A stretch of 64,000 nt of DNA from Patescibacteria group bacterium (GTDB taxonomy: Bacteria > Patescibacteriota > Minisyncoccia > Phycocordibacterales > UBA12079), in NCBI GenBank assembly GCA_034661035.1, contig JAYEKM010000008.1, forward strand, positions 11,677 through 75,676, given 5' to 3'. Position numbers and translations under genes: made by a program. Below are positions 45,024-55,900 of the stretch, one piece after another; position 1 is the first letter of the stretch; every line of letters begins with the position of its first letter. Below the pieces are notes generated by a model that did no database searches, had not been told where the DNA came from, and was given only the letters and a program-made list of their open reading frames with translations.

Positions 45024-45922
45024 TAATAGTAAAAATAATGGGAGGAGTAGGTAATCAAATGTTCCAATATGCTCTAGGAAAAAACTTGTCTTTCTTAAAA
45101 AACGTAGACGTAAAATTTGACATTACTTGGTTTGATAAATTTGAAAAAGATACTGTCCCTCGTTATTACAGCTTACAAGAATTTAACATTACTGAAAAGA
45201 TAGCAACCAAAAAAGAAATAGGGAAAATGGAAAAATATAAAAAAATTAACGGTAGACGTAATTTTTTACACAATTTTTTCATAGCTAATGATTCTATTTA
45301 CGTAAGAGAGAGAAGTACTAATTTCGATAAAAGAATATTAGAGGTAAAAGATAATACATATTTGTATGGTTATTGGCAAAGCGAAAAATATTTTAAAAAT
45401 GTGAGAGATATAGTTCGTAAAGAATTTGTTCTTAAAAACAAACCTAGTAATAACTTTAAAGAAAGTATTAAATTGATAAATGAATTTGATAATAATTCTG
45501 TATCAATACATATAAGACGTGGTGATTATACTCTTAATAAGATTAAAAAAACAATAGGACTATGCCCCTTAGATTATTATTATAAAGCAATCAAATTTAT
45601 TAAAAAAAATATTAAAAATCCTATGTTTTTTATATTTACAGATGATGTTGAATGGGTTAAAAAAAATTTAAGAATAAATGACTCTATAAAATTTATTTCC
45701 AGAAGCAAGGTGATAAGTACAGAAAGTAAAAATAAAGACTATGAAGAACTAATCTTAATGAGTAGATGTAAAAATAATATTATAGCAAACAGTTCTTTTG
45801 GTTGGTGGGGAGCTTGGTTAAATAATAATCCTAATAAAATTGTTATTACTCCAAAACAGTGGTTTAAAAAACAAACAATGAACTCAGATGATATCCCTTT
45901 AAAATCTTGGTTAAGAATTTAA
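45020..45922 (+). CDS. alpha-1,2-fucosyltransferase (GT11 family)
   Basis: N-terminal GGVGNQMFQYALGK, the GT11 (FutC/WbsJ-type) signature. Confidence 0.75.
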   Translation: MIIVKIMGGVGNQMFQYALGKNLSFLKNVDVKFDITWFDKFEKDTVPRYYSLQEFNITEKIATKKEIGKMEKYKKINGRRNFLHNFFIANDSIYVRERSTNFDKRILEVKDNTYLYGYWQSEKYFKNVRDIVRKEFVLKNKPSNNFKESIKLINEFDNNSVSIHIRRGDYTLNKIKKTIGLCPLDYYYKAIKFIKKNIKNPMFFIFTDDVEWVKKNLRINDSIKFISRSKVISTESKNKDYEELILMSRCKNNIIANSSFGWWGAWLNNNPNKIVITPKQWFKKQTMNSDDIPLKSWLRI

Positions 45923-45933
45923 AATTATATGAT

Positions 45934-46968
45934 ATGAAAACGAGATTAAAAAATCCAAAAGTTACTGTTATAATGCCAGTTTATAATAGTGAGAAATATT
46001 TAAGAAAAGCTATTGAAAGTATTCTTAATCAGACTTTTACTGATTTTGAATTTTTAATTATTAACGATGGGTCAACAGACAGTAGTGAAGAAATAATTAA
46101 ATCTTATGATGACCCAAGAATTAAATTCATAAATAATCAAAAAAATATAGGAGTTGCAAAATCATCAAATATTGGCCTAAATTCAGCAAGGGGAGAATAC
46201 ATAGCCAAAATGGATTCTGACGATATAAGTCTTCCGAAAAGGTTAGAAATTCAGGTTAATTTTATGGATAAAAATTATAAAGTTGGGGCTATAGGAGGAT
46301 GGGTTAAAATAATAGGAAAAAAATTTAAAAAATATATTAAGACACCCTGCAATTTTGAAAAAATAAAAGCGACAATTCTATTTAAAAATGTATTAGCTAA
46401 TCCAACAGCAATGATACGAAGTTCTGTGCTAACTAAACATAAAATAAGATACAATGAAAGTCTAAGACTTTCTGAAGATTATGATATGTGGACAAAAATT
46501 ATTAGGTATTCCCCTATCATAAACCTAAATAAAATCTTGTTATTCTATAGAATTCATCCAAAAAGTGTTAGTAGATTATACTCCGATGTTCAAACAAAAA
46601 AATCATCTGAAATAAAATTAAAACAATTAGAAAATTTAAAAATTATACCGACAGAGGAAGAAAAGAATTTGCATATAAATACTTATAAACCAAGGGGTTT
46701 TGAAATAAGTAATTTTCTAAATAAGAAAGAGGCTTGGTTATTAAAACTGGTAAATCAAAATAAAAAAGTTGACTATGTGAAAGAATCTTACTTTTTAAAG
46801 ATTGTAGGGAAACAATGGCTTTTAGCATGTAGCGTAAATGCAAATTATGATTTTAAAATTTTTAAGCTATTTTGGAAATCTGATTTAAGAAAGAAACTAG
46901 ATTGGACTGATATAGAAAACTGGAAAATTTTAACTCGTTTTTTCTTCAAATGTTTACTGAAAAACTAA
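45934..46968 (+). CDS. family 2 glycosyltransferase
   Basis: VTVIMPVYNSEKYLRKAIESILNQTFTDFEFLIINDGSTD and a DSDD motif; the alternative start at 45907 overlaps the GT11 end. Confidence 0.75.
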   Translation: MKTRLKNPKVTVIMPVYNSEKYLRKAIESILNQTFTDFEFLIINDGSTDSSEEIIKSYDDPRIKFINNQKNIGVAKSSNIGLNSARGEYIAKMDSDDISLPKRLEIQVNFMDKNYKVGAIGGWVKIIGKKFKKYIKTPCNFEKIKATILFKNVLANPTAMIRSSVLTKHKIRYNESLRLSEDYDMWTKIIRYSPIINLNKILLFYRIHPKSVSRLYSDVQTKKSSEIKLKQLENLKIIPTEEEKNLHINTYKPRGFEISNFLNKKEAWLLKLVNQNKKVDYVKESYFLKIVGKQWLLACSVNANYDFKIFKLFWKSDLRKKLDWTDIENWKILTRFFFKCLLKN

Positions 46969-47888
46969 ATATTTTTAGTTTTAGGATACTTCTTAAGCTT
47001 TAAAATTCTGAATAACTTATATCCAAACCCCGATAAAAACATACTCAGATAATGAGCAAAAACAGAAACCTTAAATTCCATTTGATAAACTTTTTTAAAA
47101 ATTTCTTTAGCTTTTTTGTATTGACCATCATTTCTGTAATATTTTCCTAACATAAGTAAATGTTTAGCTAAAACTTTAGGTCTTTCTTCAAATTCCTTCT
47201 TAAATTTATTTAAGATCATCTCTCTCCCTTTTATTCTTCTATCTAAATTTTTTCCCATTTGTTGATGGTCTAAGGACATCACCCGAACCAACGGTTTGTT
47301 TATACCGATGCCTTTATATTTATTTGCTATTCTAATAATCCACTCAATATCAGTATGACTCGGGAACAATTCATCCATATAACCAATATCTTCAAATACC
47401 TTCTTCTTCACCATTAAAGTCACGGCAAGGAAACCACTGAATTTAGCTAATGCCCTCTCATAATAATTGTCCATTCCGCTTGGAACAATAGAATCAATAG
47501 CCCCATGTTCATAAACCTGAGTAACAGCAGTAAAACAAAAACCAGCCTCCTGATTTTTTTCAAAAGCATCAATTTGTAATCTCAATTTCTCTGGGAACCA
47601 AGTGTCATCATCGTCAAGAAAAGCAACAAATTCCCCTCTTGCATTTTTCATTCCAATATTTTTACCACCAGCACAATCCGTATTTTTATCATTCTGAATA
47701 TATCTAATCCTTGAGTCATTAAAATTTTCCACTATATCCTTAGCAGGAATTTTAACTCCATTATCAACCACGATAAGCTCAAAATCAGTAAAAGTTTGAT
47801 TTAAGACACTTTGAATAGACTCTTTAACAAAATCAGGTCTATTATATGTTACAATCACCGCTGTAACTTTAGGTTTTAAATTATCCAT
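46965..47888 (-). CDS. family 2 glycosyltransferase
   Basis: VTAVIVTYNRPDFV..SVLNQTFTDFELIVVDNG, FLDDDD. Confidence 0.75.
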   Translation of the reverse strand: MDNLKPKVTAVIVTYNRPDFVKESIQSVLNQTFTDFELIVVDNGVKIPAKDIVENFNDSRIRYIQNDKNTDCAGGKNIGMKNARGEFVAFLDDDDTWFPEKLRLQIDAFEKNQEAGFCFTAVTQVYEHGAIDSIVPSGMDNYYERALAKFSGFLAVTLMVKKKVFEDIGYMDELFPSHTDIEWIIRIANKYKGIGINKPLVRVMSLDHQQMGKNLDRRIKGREMILNKFKKEFEERPKVLAKHLLMLGKYYRNDGQYKKAKEIFKKVYQMEFKVSVFAHYLSMFLSGFGYKLFRILKLKKYPKTKNI

Positions 47889-48606
47889 TATGTTTTTCCA
47901 AAATTAAAGTATAACCATTTCTTGTATATTTATAAAAACCAAGTAAAGAGATTATTTTTCTTATTACTTTCATAAATAAACTAACTATAAAATATTTTGA
48001 ACCCCATTCCGAATCCGGAAGATCCCTTGTATATCGGTAAACTAATTCTTTGACTATATACTTATCTGAAATAAAACCGCCGTCAGCCCCTGCAATCGTC
48101 TTTTTATTCCCCTTTTCGCTTTCCCTGCACATATAGTTGATAATCCCCTCGGGGCCATAAGGTCTAATATGGGCAAGACCTTCATAGAACCTGTAGTCTA
48201 ACAACGGAGCACTTATAACCAAGATTCCATTTTTCTCCAAAACCCTATCTATTTCCCTTAGAAAAACAAAAAAATCTTCCGTATTAAGGTGTTCTATCAA
48301 ATGACTACAATGAATAAAATTGACCGCATTATTATTAAAAGGCAATTTATCTGGAGCCTTATAGAGCACAGAATTTTCAACTTTTTTGAGAACTTCTGGG
48401 TCAGCATCCAAAAGAAAAACATTTTTATATTTACTTCTTAGATTTAAATAGTCTGCAAAAAAACCATACCCACTACCGATGTCAACAACTACCCCTTCAT
48501 CATCTTTTGATAAATATTTTCCAGCTAAATCATAAAAAAACGGTCTCTTATTAGTCGCGTACTTATTTCTTTCTTTTATTTTTTGTATAAAATTTTTATT
48601 TTTCAC
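47881..48606 (-). CDS. class I SAM-dependent methyltransferase
   Basis: VVDIGSGYGFFADYL SAM-binding motif I. Confidence 0.65.
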   Translation of the reverse strand: MKNKNFIQKIKERNKYATNKRPFFYDLAGKYLSKDDEGVVVDIGSGYGFFADYLNLRSKYKNVFLLDADPEVLKKVENSVLYKAPDKLPFNNNAVNFIHCSHLIEHLNTEDFFVFLREIDRVLEKNGILVISAPLLDYRFYEGLAHIRPYGPEGIINYMCRESEKGNKKTIAGADGGFISDKYIVKELVYRYTRDLPDSEWGSKYFIVSLFMKVIRKIISLLGFYKYTRNGYTLILEKHNG

Positions 48607-48613
48607 GATATTC

Positions 48614-49345
48614 TTATTTTGGGTTAACTCTTGTTTTGTGTTGCTTATGCAAAAAGTATTTATTTCTTCTAGAATCTCCTTTCATATACACAAAATCTAA
48701 CTTACTTCTCCAAGCTGAATAATTAAAACTTAATTGGTCTCGACGACTATTGTTTTCGATCTCATTCCACCAAATATTCATTGTGTTAATGATATCTTTT
48801 TCATTATGTCTTCTCAAAATTACCATGCTGGAAACCAAGCCGTTGTGTTCTGGATACCCTTCATTTCTATACTTTTCAATCTGATTTTTTATTAAATTAG
48901 AATCATCTTTATAATTACCTTCATTGTTCATTTGGATAAGTTTTTCCGCTTCAGTATATATACAATCATAACATTGATTTTTATCTTTTTTCCAAAAAAG
49001 CTTAAAAAATCTTCTTGTTAATTGAGTATGGTCAAAAATTGTCAAATTTACTTTTGATAAGTATTTTTTTATTAACTGGTTAACATCCCCTCTGACAACC
49101 ATGTTTCCATCTACCCAAACACTATATTCATATTTTGGTAAAAATTTATGAGGTAACACTTTATACATTCTCGCATTTCTAACAGGATCATTAAAAGTTT
49201 GTTCAACTTTTCTTACTTCCCAAATATCAGACTGAAAATCGCTGTCAGTAAAACATATAAAATCACAGTTATCGGGAATAAATTCTGGCTCAGTTAAATT
49301 ATCTTTTCCACCAAAAATAGCTGTATAAATTACTGTTTTATTCAT
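48614..49345 (-). CDS. DUF616/TOD1-like glycosyltransferase-domain protein
   Basis: VIYTAIFGGKDNL..FICFTD pattern typical of DUF616. Confidence 0.55.
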   Translation of the reverse strand: MNKTVIYTAIFGGKDNLTEPEFIPDNCDFICFTDSDFQSDIWEVRKVEQTFNDPVRNARMYKVLPHKFLPKYEYSVWVDGNMVVRGDVNQLIKKYLSKVNLTIFDHTQLTRRFFKLFWKKDKNQCYDCIYTEAEKLIQMNNEGNYKDDSNLIKNQIEKYRNEGYPEHNGLVSSMVILRRHNEKDIINTMNIWWNEIENNSRRDQLSFNYSAWRSKLDFVYMKGDSRRNKYFLHKQHKTRVNPK

Positions 49346-50474
49346 GTTTATTTATAAAATTTAAAATATTCTGAGCTCTTTTGTCCCAAGTATAATTTTG
49401 AACATCAGAGTAAGCCTGTTGTGATATTCTATCAGCTTTATCCTTATTTTGTAATATGTCTTTAATTCCTTTTATCAGACTTCCCACATTATCAGGCTGA
49501 ATAAACAAACAGTTGCCATCATTTAATACTTCTCTCATTGCGGGTAAGTCCGAGGCTACGATAGGTCTTTTACTCGCCATATACTCAAACATTTTCATTG
49601 GTGAAGTATAGTAGGTATGATACTGAAATTTAGAATAATTCATGATTAAAACATCTGAGGCCCTATAACTATAGATAACTTTATCATATGGTAAATGGGC
49701 TATTATTTTATAGTCTTCTTTAGATATTCTGGAATCTTCTAATAACTTTTTTACTTTACTCACATTATCTTCGCCAACACCAACAATCAAAAGAAAAGAA
49801 TCTTTTTTTCTAATAAAAACTTCTGGGAAAGCCTTAATTAAATCATCAACCCCTTTATTTCCTTTTCCAAAGGTTACATATTTACCAATGTATCCGATAA
49901 TATTTTTGTCTTGAGGTAAGTTTAATTTATTTCTTGCCTCTTTTTGGGGAATCTTAATATTAAATTTATTTAGATCAACAGCGTCAGAAGCCACTAAAAT
50001 TTTATCTGATAAGACACCATTTTCAATTAAGTCTTTTTTAAGAAAACTAGTGATAGCCACAACCTTGAAAATTCTTTTAAAAATTATTTTGTGAAAAAAT
50101 GTAATTTTTTTTGGAAAATTATGAATTTCATAGATAAAGTTTTTAAAAAATAAACCTGTCAACTGCTCTCTAGTATAAACAAAATCATACCTCTGAGAAA
50201 AAAGGTAAGCTCTTATTTTTAACAGATAAAGTAAAGTCTGTGCAAGAAAACCAATTTTACCAAGCCATAATAAACTTGGTCTGGAAATTTCTTTAATTTT
50301 GAAATTAGCTTTAATATTATAAAATTTAAACAAATTAACTTTGTCTTTTTGTTTAGGAACAATTAACTCTACCTCAACACCCTTATCCGCAAAAGCTTTG
50401 CACATCTGAGTAATCTGAATTCCAAGAGCGTTTTTAGTAGGGATATTATAACTAGATAAATAAATTACCTTCAT
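49338..50474 (-). CDS. family 4 glycosyltransferase
   Basis: GT-B/GT4 C-terminal signature SPMKMFEYMASKRPIVASDLPAMREV. Confidence 0.75.
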   Translation of the reverse strand: MKVIYLSSYNIPTKNALGIQITQMCKAFADKGVEVELIVPKQKDKVNLFKFYNIKANFKIKEISRPSLLWLGKIGFLAQTLLYLLKIRAYLFSQRYDFVYTREQLTGLFFKNFIYEIHNFPKKITFFHKIIFKRIFKVVAITSFLKKDLIENGVLSDKILVASDAVDLNKFNIKIPQKEARNKLNLPQDKNIIGYIGKYVTFGKGNKGVDDLIKAFPEVFIRKKDSFLLIVGVGEDNVSKVKKLLEDSRISKEDYKIIAHLPYDKVIYSYRASDVLIMNYSKFQYHTYYTSPMKMFEYMASKRPIVASDLPAMREVLNDGNCLFIQPDNVGSLIKGIKDILQNKDKADRISQQAYSDVQNYTWDKRAQNILNFINKHE

Positions 50475-51145
50475 TATTTTGTTATATTAATCAAATCATG
50501 ATAATAACTGTCCCCTTCCCATTCTTTTAACTTTTTTTCTGGATATTTAAAATCAGAAATATTTTCAGCAACGATATAAATATGTGGTGAAAAAACTGAA
50601 GTAAATATTTTATCTAAAAGTTTTGAACCAAATACAAAAGACTTAATCTCTTTTATCTCCCAACCAGCTCTTTCAACCGTTAATTCTAAGCTTTTTTTTG
50701 TGAAAAAATTAATGTGATTACTAGCTAGCGACCCTCTGAATTTGTTTAAACTTAATAAAAAATTAAATTTAGGAATAATAGGAACTCCTAGAATCAAAGT
50801 CGTATCTTTCTTAGCTATTTTTTTTAATTTTATTAAAAAAGAGTGAGGAGACAAAAGATGTTCAAATAAATTATTAGCCCAAACAATTTCAAAGTCGCTG
50901 TCTATGTTTAGTTGATCTATTAATTCAGCATTACCTAAAACAATATTTCTATTATTCTCTTTTCCAAAATCCACTTCTTCTTGTGTTGTTGTAATACCCA
51001 AACTTTTTTCTCCAAAATTATCCAAGAAATCACCATTTCCACAGCCAATATCTAAAAGTTTTTTATTACTTAAATCAAAACTATTCAATATCCGATTAAA
51101 AGTTTTTGATTTTTTAACTTTATTTAAGCTTTCTTGTACTTCCAT
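50474..51145 (-). CDS. class I SAM-dependent methyltransferase
   Basis: LLDIGCGNGDFL motif I; paralogue of the adjacent gene. Confidence 0.65.
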   Translation of the reverse strand: MEVQESLNKVKKSKTFNRILNSFDLSNKKLLDIGCGNGDFLDNFGEKSLGITTTQEEVDFGKENNRNIVLGNAELIDQLNIDSDFEIVWANNLFEHLLSPHSFLIKLKKIAKKDTTLILGVPIIPKFNFLLSLNKFRGSLASNHINFFTKKSLELTVERAGWEIKEIKSFVFGSKLLDKIFTSVFSPHIYIVAENISDFKYPEKKLKEWEGDSYYHDLINITK

Positions 51146-51146
51146 A

Positions 51147-51791
51147 TTATTTTTTTCTTATTTTTATTATAGATTGAAAAACGAAAACCTTCGGAAATAT
51201 TTTACTTAAAAATTGAGGGATTTTTGGATGCATAAGATTATTCTGTTCAGTCACTTTAAAACCATTCTCTCTGACAAAATTAAGGAGAGAACTATGAGAG
51301 AAAAAATGAACATGTCCTTTATCAAAAACACCTGTTTCGGTATAATCAAATTTACCAAAAAACATTTTAAACCTATTAGAAAATACCAAAAAGTTTGGGG
51401 TGGTTATTACAGCAAAACCATCATCGTTTAGAACTCTTTTAATTTTTTTAATAACCTTTTTTGGATTAAACAAATGTTCAATAACTTCTGTTATTAAAAC
51501 AATATCAAAATAATTATCATCAAAAGGGATTTTTTCTTCTTGAACATCTAGAGATATAGCTTCATCTAATTTTTTCCTAGCTTCTTTGATTTGATTCTCT
51601 GAAATATCAATACCAACTACTTTATTAGCCTCTTTCTCTTTAAACTTAGAACCTAAATAACCATCGGCACAACCAATATCCAAAATTCTTTTGCTTTTTA
51701 CATCACCACACAATTCTAAAACTCTTCTTTCTCGAGAAAAACTTACTTCATAACCTATATCTTTATTATAGTGATCTTTATATATATTCAT
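51147..51791 (-). CDS. class I SAM-dependent methyltransferase
   Basis: ILDIGCADGYLG motif I. Confidence 0.7.
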   Translation of the reverse strand: MNIYKDHYNKDIGYEVSFSRERRVLELCGDVKSKRILDIGCADGYLGSKFKEKEANKVVGIDISENQIKEARKKLDEAISLDVQEEKIPFDDNYFDIVLITEVIEHLFNPKKVIKKIKRVLNDDGFAVITTPNFLVFSNRFKMFFGKFDYTETGVFDKGHVHFFSHSSLLNFVRENGFKVTEQNNLMHPKIPQFLSKIFPKVFVFQSIIKIRKK

Positions 51792-51793
51792 AA

Positions 51794-52843
51794 TTATTTA
51801 ACCAAATTTTCAGCAATTTCCTTTACTTTCTTGCCTAAAATAGACACTTTTACCTCTTTAGTAAATTTATTGTAACTATTTTGAGCCAAATAATCCATCT
51901 TTTCAGGATTACCTTTTAAATCTAAGATGGCTTTAGCTAATTCTTCAGAATTGGCAGTTGGAATCAACAATAAATCATTGTCACCAAATAACTCTCTGAC
52001 AGCAACAGTATCAGCTGTTATTAATGGTTTTTTTAAAGCAACAGCATCAAAAACTTTATTTGGTATAACTCTTCTTGTTTTTTCTGTATTTCCAAAAATA
52101 CCTAAGCAAATGTCCGATTGTGATATTAACTCTAATAATTCTGTATAAGAAACATCATCAATAAAATTAATATTAGAGAAATTTTTATTCTTATAATTTC
52201 TCTTTATCTTTGAACCGACAATGTTAAATTGGATATTTTTGTCACTCTGCAACTTCTCGGCTGCTCCCAATATATATTTGATACCTTGCAACGGAATAAG
52301 AAACCCATAAAAAATTATGGAGAATTTATTACTATTTATTTTTCTAGAAAAAGAAAAATTTTCAGCGGAGGAACCAACAAAAATTCTTGTAAATTTTTCT
52401 TTTTTTAAGCCAAATTCCTCAACAAAATACTTAATATGTTCATTAGTATCTAAAATAACTTTGTCTGCTAGTTTACAAGACAGTTTATCCATAAACCAAA
52501 AATATTTTGCCTTTAAACTTCCTTTCTTAGTGTTTTTTCTATCAAAGACAGTGGAGTCATAAATAGAGACAAAAGCGTCAAAAATAATGGATTTCCTCGT
52601 CAAAAATTTAGCCAGAACAGCCGAATGCCATCCGGGGAAAGCAACAAATAGTACATCATAATCTTTTCTGATTTTCCAATGTCGTCTAATTAAATCGAAG
52701 TATTTCTTAATCCCCTTCAGCTCTGTACGGCACTCAATCACTTTTACATCATTTTCTTTTAAACCCTGAATAAGCACCCTGTTACGAGAATAATTTGGAT
52801 CGTAGATCCCAAAAAAACAAATTGTTAAATTTTTATTTTCCAT
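51794..52843 (-). CDS. glycosyltransferase (GT-B fold, GT4-like)
   Basis: C-terminal GT-B nucleotide-binding half, ..FGNTEKTRRVIPNKVFDAVALKKPLITADT.. Confidence 0.55.
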   Translation of the reverse strand: MENKNLTICFFGIYDPNYSRNRVLIQGLKENDVKVIECRTELKGIKKYFDLIRRHWKIRKDYDVLFVAFPGWHSAVLAKFLTRKSIIFDAFVSIYDSTVFDRKNTKKGSLKAKYFWFMDKLSCKLADKVILDTNEHIKYFVEEFGLKKEKFTRIFVGSSAENFSFSRKINSNKFSIIFYGFLIPLQGIKYILGAAEKLQSDKNIQFNIVGSKIKRNYKNKNFSNINFIDDVSYTELLELISQSDICLGIFGNTEKTRRVIPNKVFDAVALKKPLITADTVAVRELFGDNDLLLIPTANSEELAKAILDLKGNPEKMDYLAQNSYNKFTKEVKVSILGKKVKEIAENLVK

Positions 52844-52844
52844 C

Positions 52845-53900
52845 TTATTTTTGATAGATAAAGATAATTTTTTTAATAAGGTCCTCTAGATTGTGACTCC
52901 TTTCAACCTCTTTTCTTAAATCTAATTTAATTTTTTCCTTTTCGTGTTCAGACAGATTAATTATTCCTATTATTTTTTGTGATAAATCAGAGCTATCTTT
53001 TAATTTAAAGAATAATTTATCTTGGTGGACACCAAAAACATTCTTTGATGAATCATTACTAGAAATTGTTATTAAGCCACAGGACATAGCTTCCAAGATA
53101 GTTTTGTCTAAACTGCCCGTATGACTAGTATTTACAAATAAGTTAGACTCTTGCAAATAATTAACAATATTATTTGTAGGGACTGGGCCAATAAAATTTA
53201 TTACCTCTTCTAAGCCGTCATTTTTAACTTTCTTTTTTAAGCTTTCCAAGTATTTTTCTTGACCTGCTTTACCCACACCCCCAATAATATCTAATTCAAT
53301 TTTTGAATTATATTTTTGCAAGATTTTTATTGCGTCAATTAATGTCTCATAATCTTTGATAGGAGAAATCCTACCAACGGTAACAACCCGAAAGGCCTTA
53401 TTTTTAATAAGGCTATCTTTACTTATAAATTGTTCTACATCAATTCCATGCCCTGTGATATTTAATTTCTTAGTTTTCAAACGAAACGATTCGGGAGTAG
53501 CTGAAAAAATAATATAAGTTAATTTTTCGGCCAATCTTAGCTTTAAATCGACACTTTTATGCATATACCAAAGTCCTATCTTTTTACCCATTAAACGCCA
53601 AAATAAGCCTCCTAGAACAATATACTCCGGGTTCATATGAACAAAGACGTTATCGTAATTTTTTCGTTCAGACCAAATATACTTATAAAAATTAAAAGCA
53701 TACTTAAGGCGTGATTTCCCCTGTTCCTTTCCTAAGGATAAGACTTTCACATTATTAGGTAAGTCGTAATCCCTTGCCTCTAAGGCTATTACGATTACCT
53801 GTTCACAGTGTTTTGCAAATTCATTAACCCACCCATGAAAAAAACCGAGGACACCATCATCATTTTTATCTACTTTTTGTGTAAGTATTAATAGTTTCAT
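52845..53900 (-). CDS. family 4 glycosyltransferase
   Basis: NTSHTGSLDKTILEAMSCGLITISS (E-x7-E region). Confidence 0.75.
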   Translation of the reverse strand: MKLLILTQKVDKNDDGVLGFFHGWVNEFAKHCEQVIVIALEARDYDLPNNVKVLSLGKEQGKSRLKYAFNFYKYIWSERKNYDNVFVHMNPEYIVLGGLFWRLMGKKIGLWYMHKSVDLKLRLAEKLTYIIFSATPESFRLKTKKLNITGHGIDVEQFISKDSLIKNKAFRVVTVGRISPIKDYETLIDAIKILQKYNSKIELDIIGGVGKAGQEKYLESLKKKVKNDGLEEVINFIGPVPTNNIVNYLQESNLFVNTSHTGSLDKTILEAMSCGLITISSNDSSKNVFGVHQDKLFFKLKDSSDLSQKIIGIINLSEHEKEKIKLDLRKEVERSHNLEDLIKKIIFIYQK

Positions 53901-54160
53901 ATTTTAGAATTAATGAAATACGATTTGAGCCTATTTTGTAAAAACATTCTACCATGGTAAGTCTTCAAATACTTCTCTCTTTTTATAGCATCATCTTCAT
54001 CTAAACATGATTCATAATACAATAAAATTAAAGGTTTTCTATGTTTAGTTGAATTCACCAGACCTGTATTATGTTGCTCAAATCTTAATTTTAAATTTTT
54101 TGTAGCTCCTGTATACCATTTACCATCTTTTTCGCTTTGTATTATGTGAGTATATATCAT
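53897..54160 (-). CDS. small GIY-YIG nuclease-domain protein (87 aa)
   Basis: MIYTHIIQSEKDGKWYTGATKNLKLRFEQH..LLYYESCLDEDDAIKREKYLK. Its ends overlap both neighbouring GT4 genes by 4 nt. Confidence 0.7.
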   Translation of the reverse strand: MIYTHIIQSEKDGKWYTGATKNLKLRFEQHNTGLVNSTKHRKPLILLYYESCLDEDDAIKREKYLKTYHGRMFLQNRLKSYFINSKI

Positions 54161-55311
54161 AAAGTCTCTAACGGGACTAGTATATTATTTATCGTTCGGA
54201 ACCAAGCATCCTGTAAAATTTTAAGAACCTCATCTTCAGTTTGAGACATCTTCCTCGAATAATCATTATAAGCTTTCTGCTCAAACTCCCTCAACAAATC
54301 AGGATATTGCTGAGCTTTAATAATATTCTCAACCAAACATTCTTTATCTCCAACACTACATAAAAATGCATTATTGCTACTCAAAACTTCTCCGACAATT
54401 CCCACTTTAGTAGTTAAAATTGGACAATGAGAAAGAACTGCCTCGCTTAAGGTTAAACCATAACCCTCATAATCAGAAGTTGAAAGAAATAAATCAGCCG
54501 TTTTATAATAAGTAATTGGATCACCTACCCATTTCTTAAAAATTATATTTTCTTCTAGACCAGCTCTTCTAGCTTGTTGTTTTAATGTTTTACGGAGAGA
54601 ACCTTCCCCCACAATAACCAAGCCTGTTTTAGGGAATATTTTAACAACTTTTTTCATGGCTGAAATAGCCATAGAAATATTTTTTTCTTTTTCTAAACGA
54701 CTCATCATAACCATAATAAATTTAAATTGAGGATATCTTTCTTTTAAATTAAAACTAGGAGTAAAAACCTGGATAAAAGTAGGGCTAGTAAAAATAGGGA
54801 GAACAGTAACTTTAGTCTGTAATTCCTCAGACAGCGAAGACTTAATTCTTTTAGAAACAACTCTAATGTGATCAGCCTTGGATAGTAAAAAAGTAGACAT
54901 CCAAGATCTAATCCTATTAGTGAAAGAATGTCTTATAAAATAATGATTAAAAATATCAGTATGAATCTGAAGTTCCAATTTAGCCTTTAGTTTTTTAACT
55001 ATCCTCCAAGCAATAAACCCTGTTTCGTAAGGGTCTTGAGCTGTTACTAAATCAACATCCTTTAATTTGGTAGCAATTTTTATTGCATTTAAAATATAAT
55101 GAAATTTATTTCGTGAGTTGGTGGGGTAAACAATAACTTTTTCGCTTATTTTTATCTTTTTTTTATTTGGGATATCTTTTGACTGTTTATTCAAAACAAT
55201 TATGTGGAGTTCGCCTACTATCGTGCCATAGTTAACCATTCTCCGACAAACAGAGCTACTTTCTTCAAATATTTTTTTGTCAGTGCTAATCATTAAAATT
55301 TTCATATTCAT
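54157..55311 (-). CDS. family 4 glycosyltransferase
   Basis: STSDYEGYGLTLSEAVLSHCPILTTKVG. Confidence 0.75.
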   Translation of the reverse strand: MNMKILMISTDKKIFEESSSVCRRMVNYGTIVGELHIIVLNKQSKDIPNKKKIKISEKVIVYPTNSRNKFHYILNAIKIATKLKDVDLVTAQDPYETGFIAWRIVKKLKAKLELQIHTDIFNHYFIRHSFTNRIRSWMSTFLLSKADHIRVVSKRIKSSLSEELQTKVTVLPIFTSPTFIQVFTPSFNLKERYPQFKFIMVMMSRLEKEKNISMAISAMKKVVKIFPKTGLVIVGEGSLRKTLKQQARRAGLEENIIFKKWVGDPITYYKTADLFLSTSDYEGYGLTLSEAVLSHCPILTTKVGIVGEVLSSNNAFLCSVGDKECLVENIIKAQQYPDLLREFEQKAYNDYSRKMSQTEDEVLKILQDAWFRTINNILVPLETL

Positions 55312-55372
55312 TGACTTTTTTTTTGTTTAATATATTATATTAGTAATCATTATGAAAAGCGTCGTCAAAGGG

Positions 55373-55900
55373 CTAGTCCCGCGAAGGCGCTTTTTGTTTT
55401 TCTAGCTTCTTTAATTCACTCCTCACATCTTCCAAATACTGAATTGCTCTTTTCCAACCGCAAGCTTTTCTTAACAGAAAAGAAGTTTTCTTTCTATTAG
55501 GACTTAAAGCAACCTTGAATTTATTTTTGTTTTCTAAATATTTAACTAAACTAGCGAAATCTCCATCACTCGTTATTAAAATAGCATTATCATATTCTAA
55601 CAACAAATCAACAGTTGTTAATGTTAAGTCAACGTCAACATTACCTTTTGGTTTCCCATTACTTTTTTTTGAAATTTCTTTAAAAGAAATTTCAAAGCCA
55701 GCATTTCTTAACAAGGAATAAAATTTTTCATTTTCTTTTATGTACCCTATAAACCAAAAAGCTTTAACAACTTTATACTTATCTTTTAAATAAATTCTTA
55801 ATTTAAAAATATCTACCGCCCAACCATCATCTTTCGTACCAAGATACAAGTTCTGAGCATCTATAAAAGCATAATTATTTTCTTTGTTTTTATTTTTCAT
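55373..55900 (-). CDS. NYN-domain (LabA-like PIN-fold) protein, paralogue 1
   Basis: NNYAFIDAQNL..NVDVDLTL..ILITSDGDFASLV; the C-terminus and stop sit in a GC-rich hairpin. Confidence 0.7.
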   Translation of the reverse strand: MKNKNKENNYAFIDAQNLYLGTKDDGWAVDIFKLRIYLKDKYKVVKAFWFIGYIKENEKFYSLLRNAGFEISFKEISKKSNGKPKGNVDVDLTLTTVDLLLEYDNAILITSDGDFASLVKYLENKNKFKVALSPNRKKTSFLLRKACGWKRAIQYLEDVRSELKKLEKQKAPSRD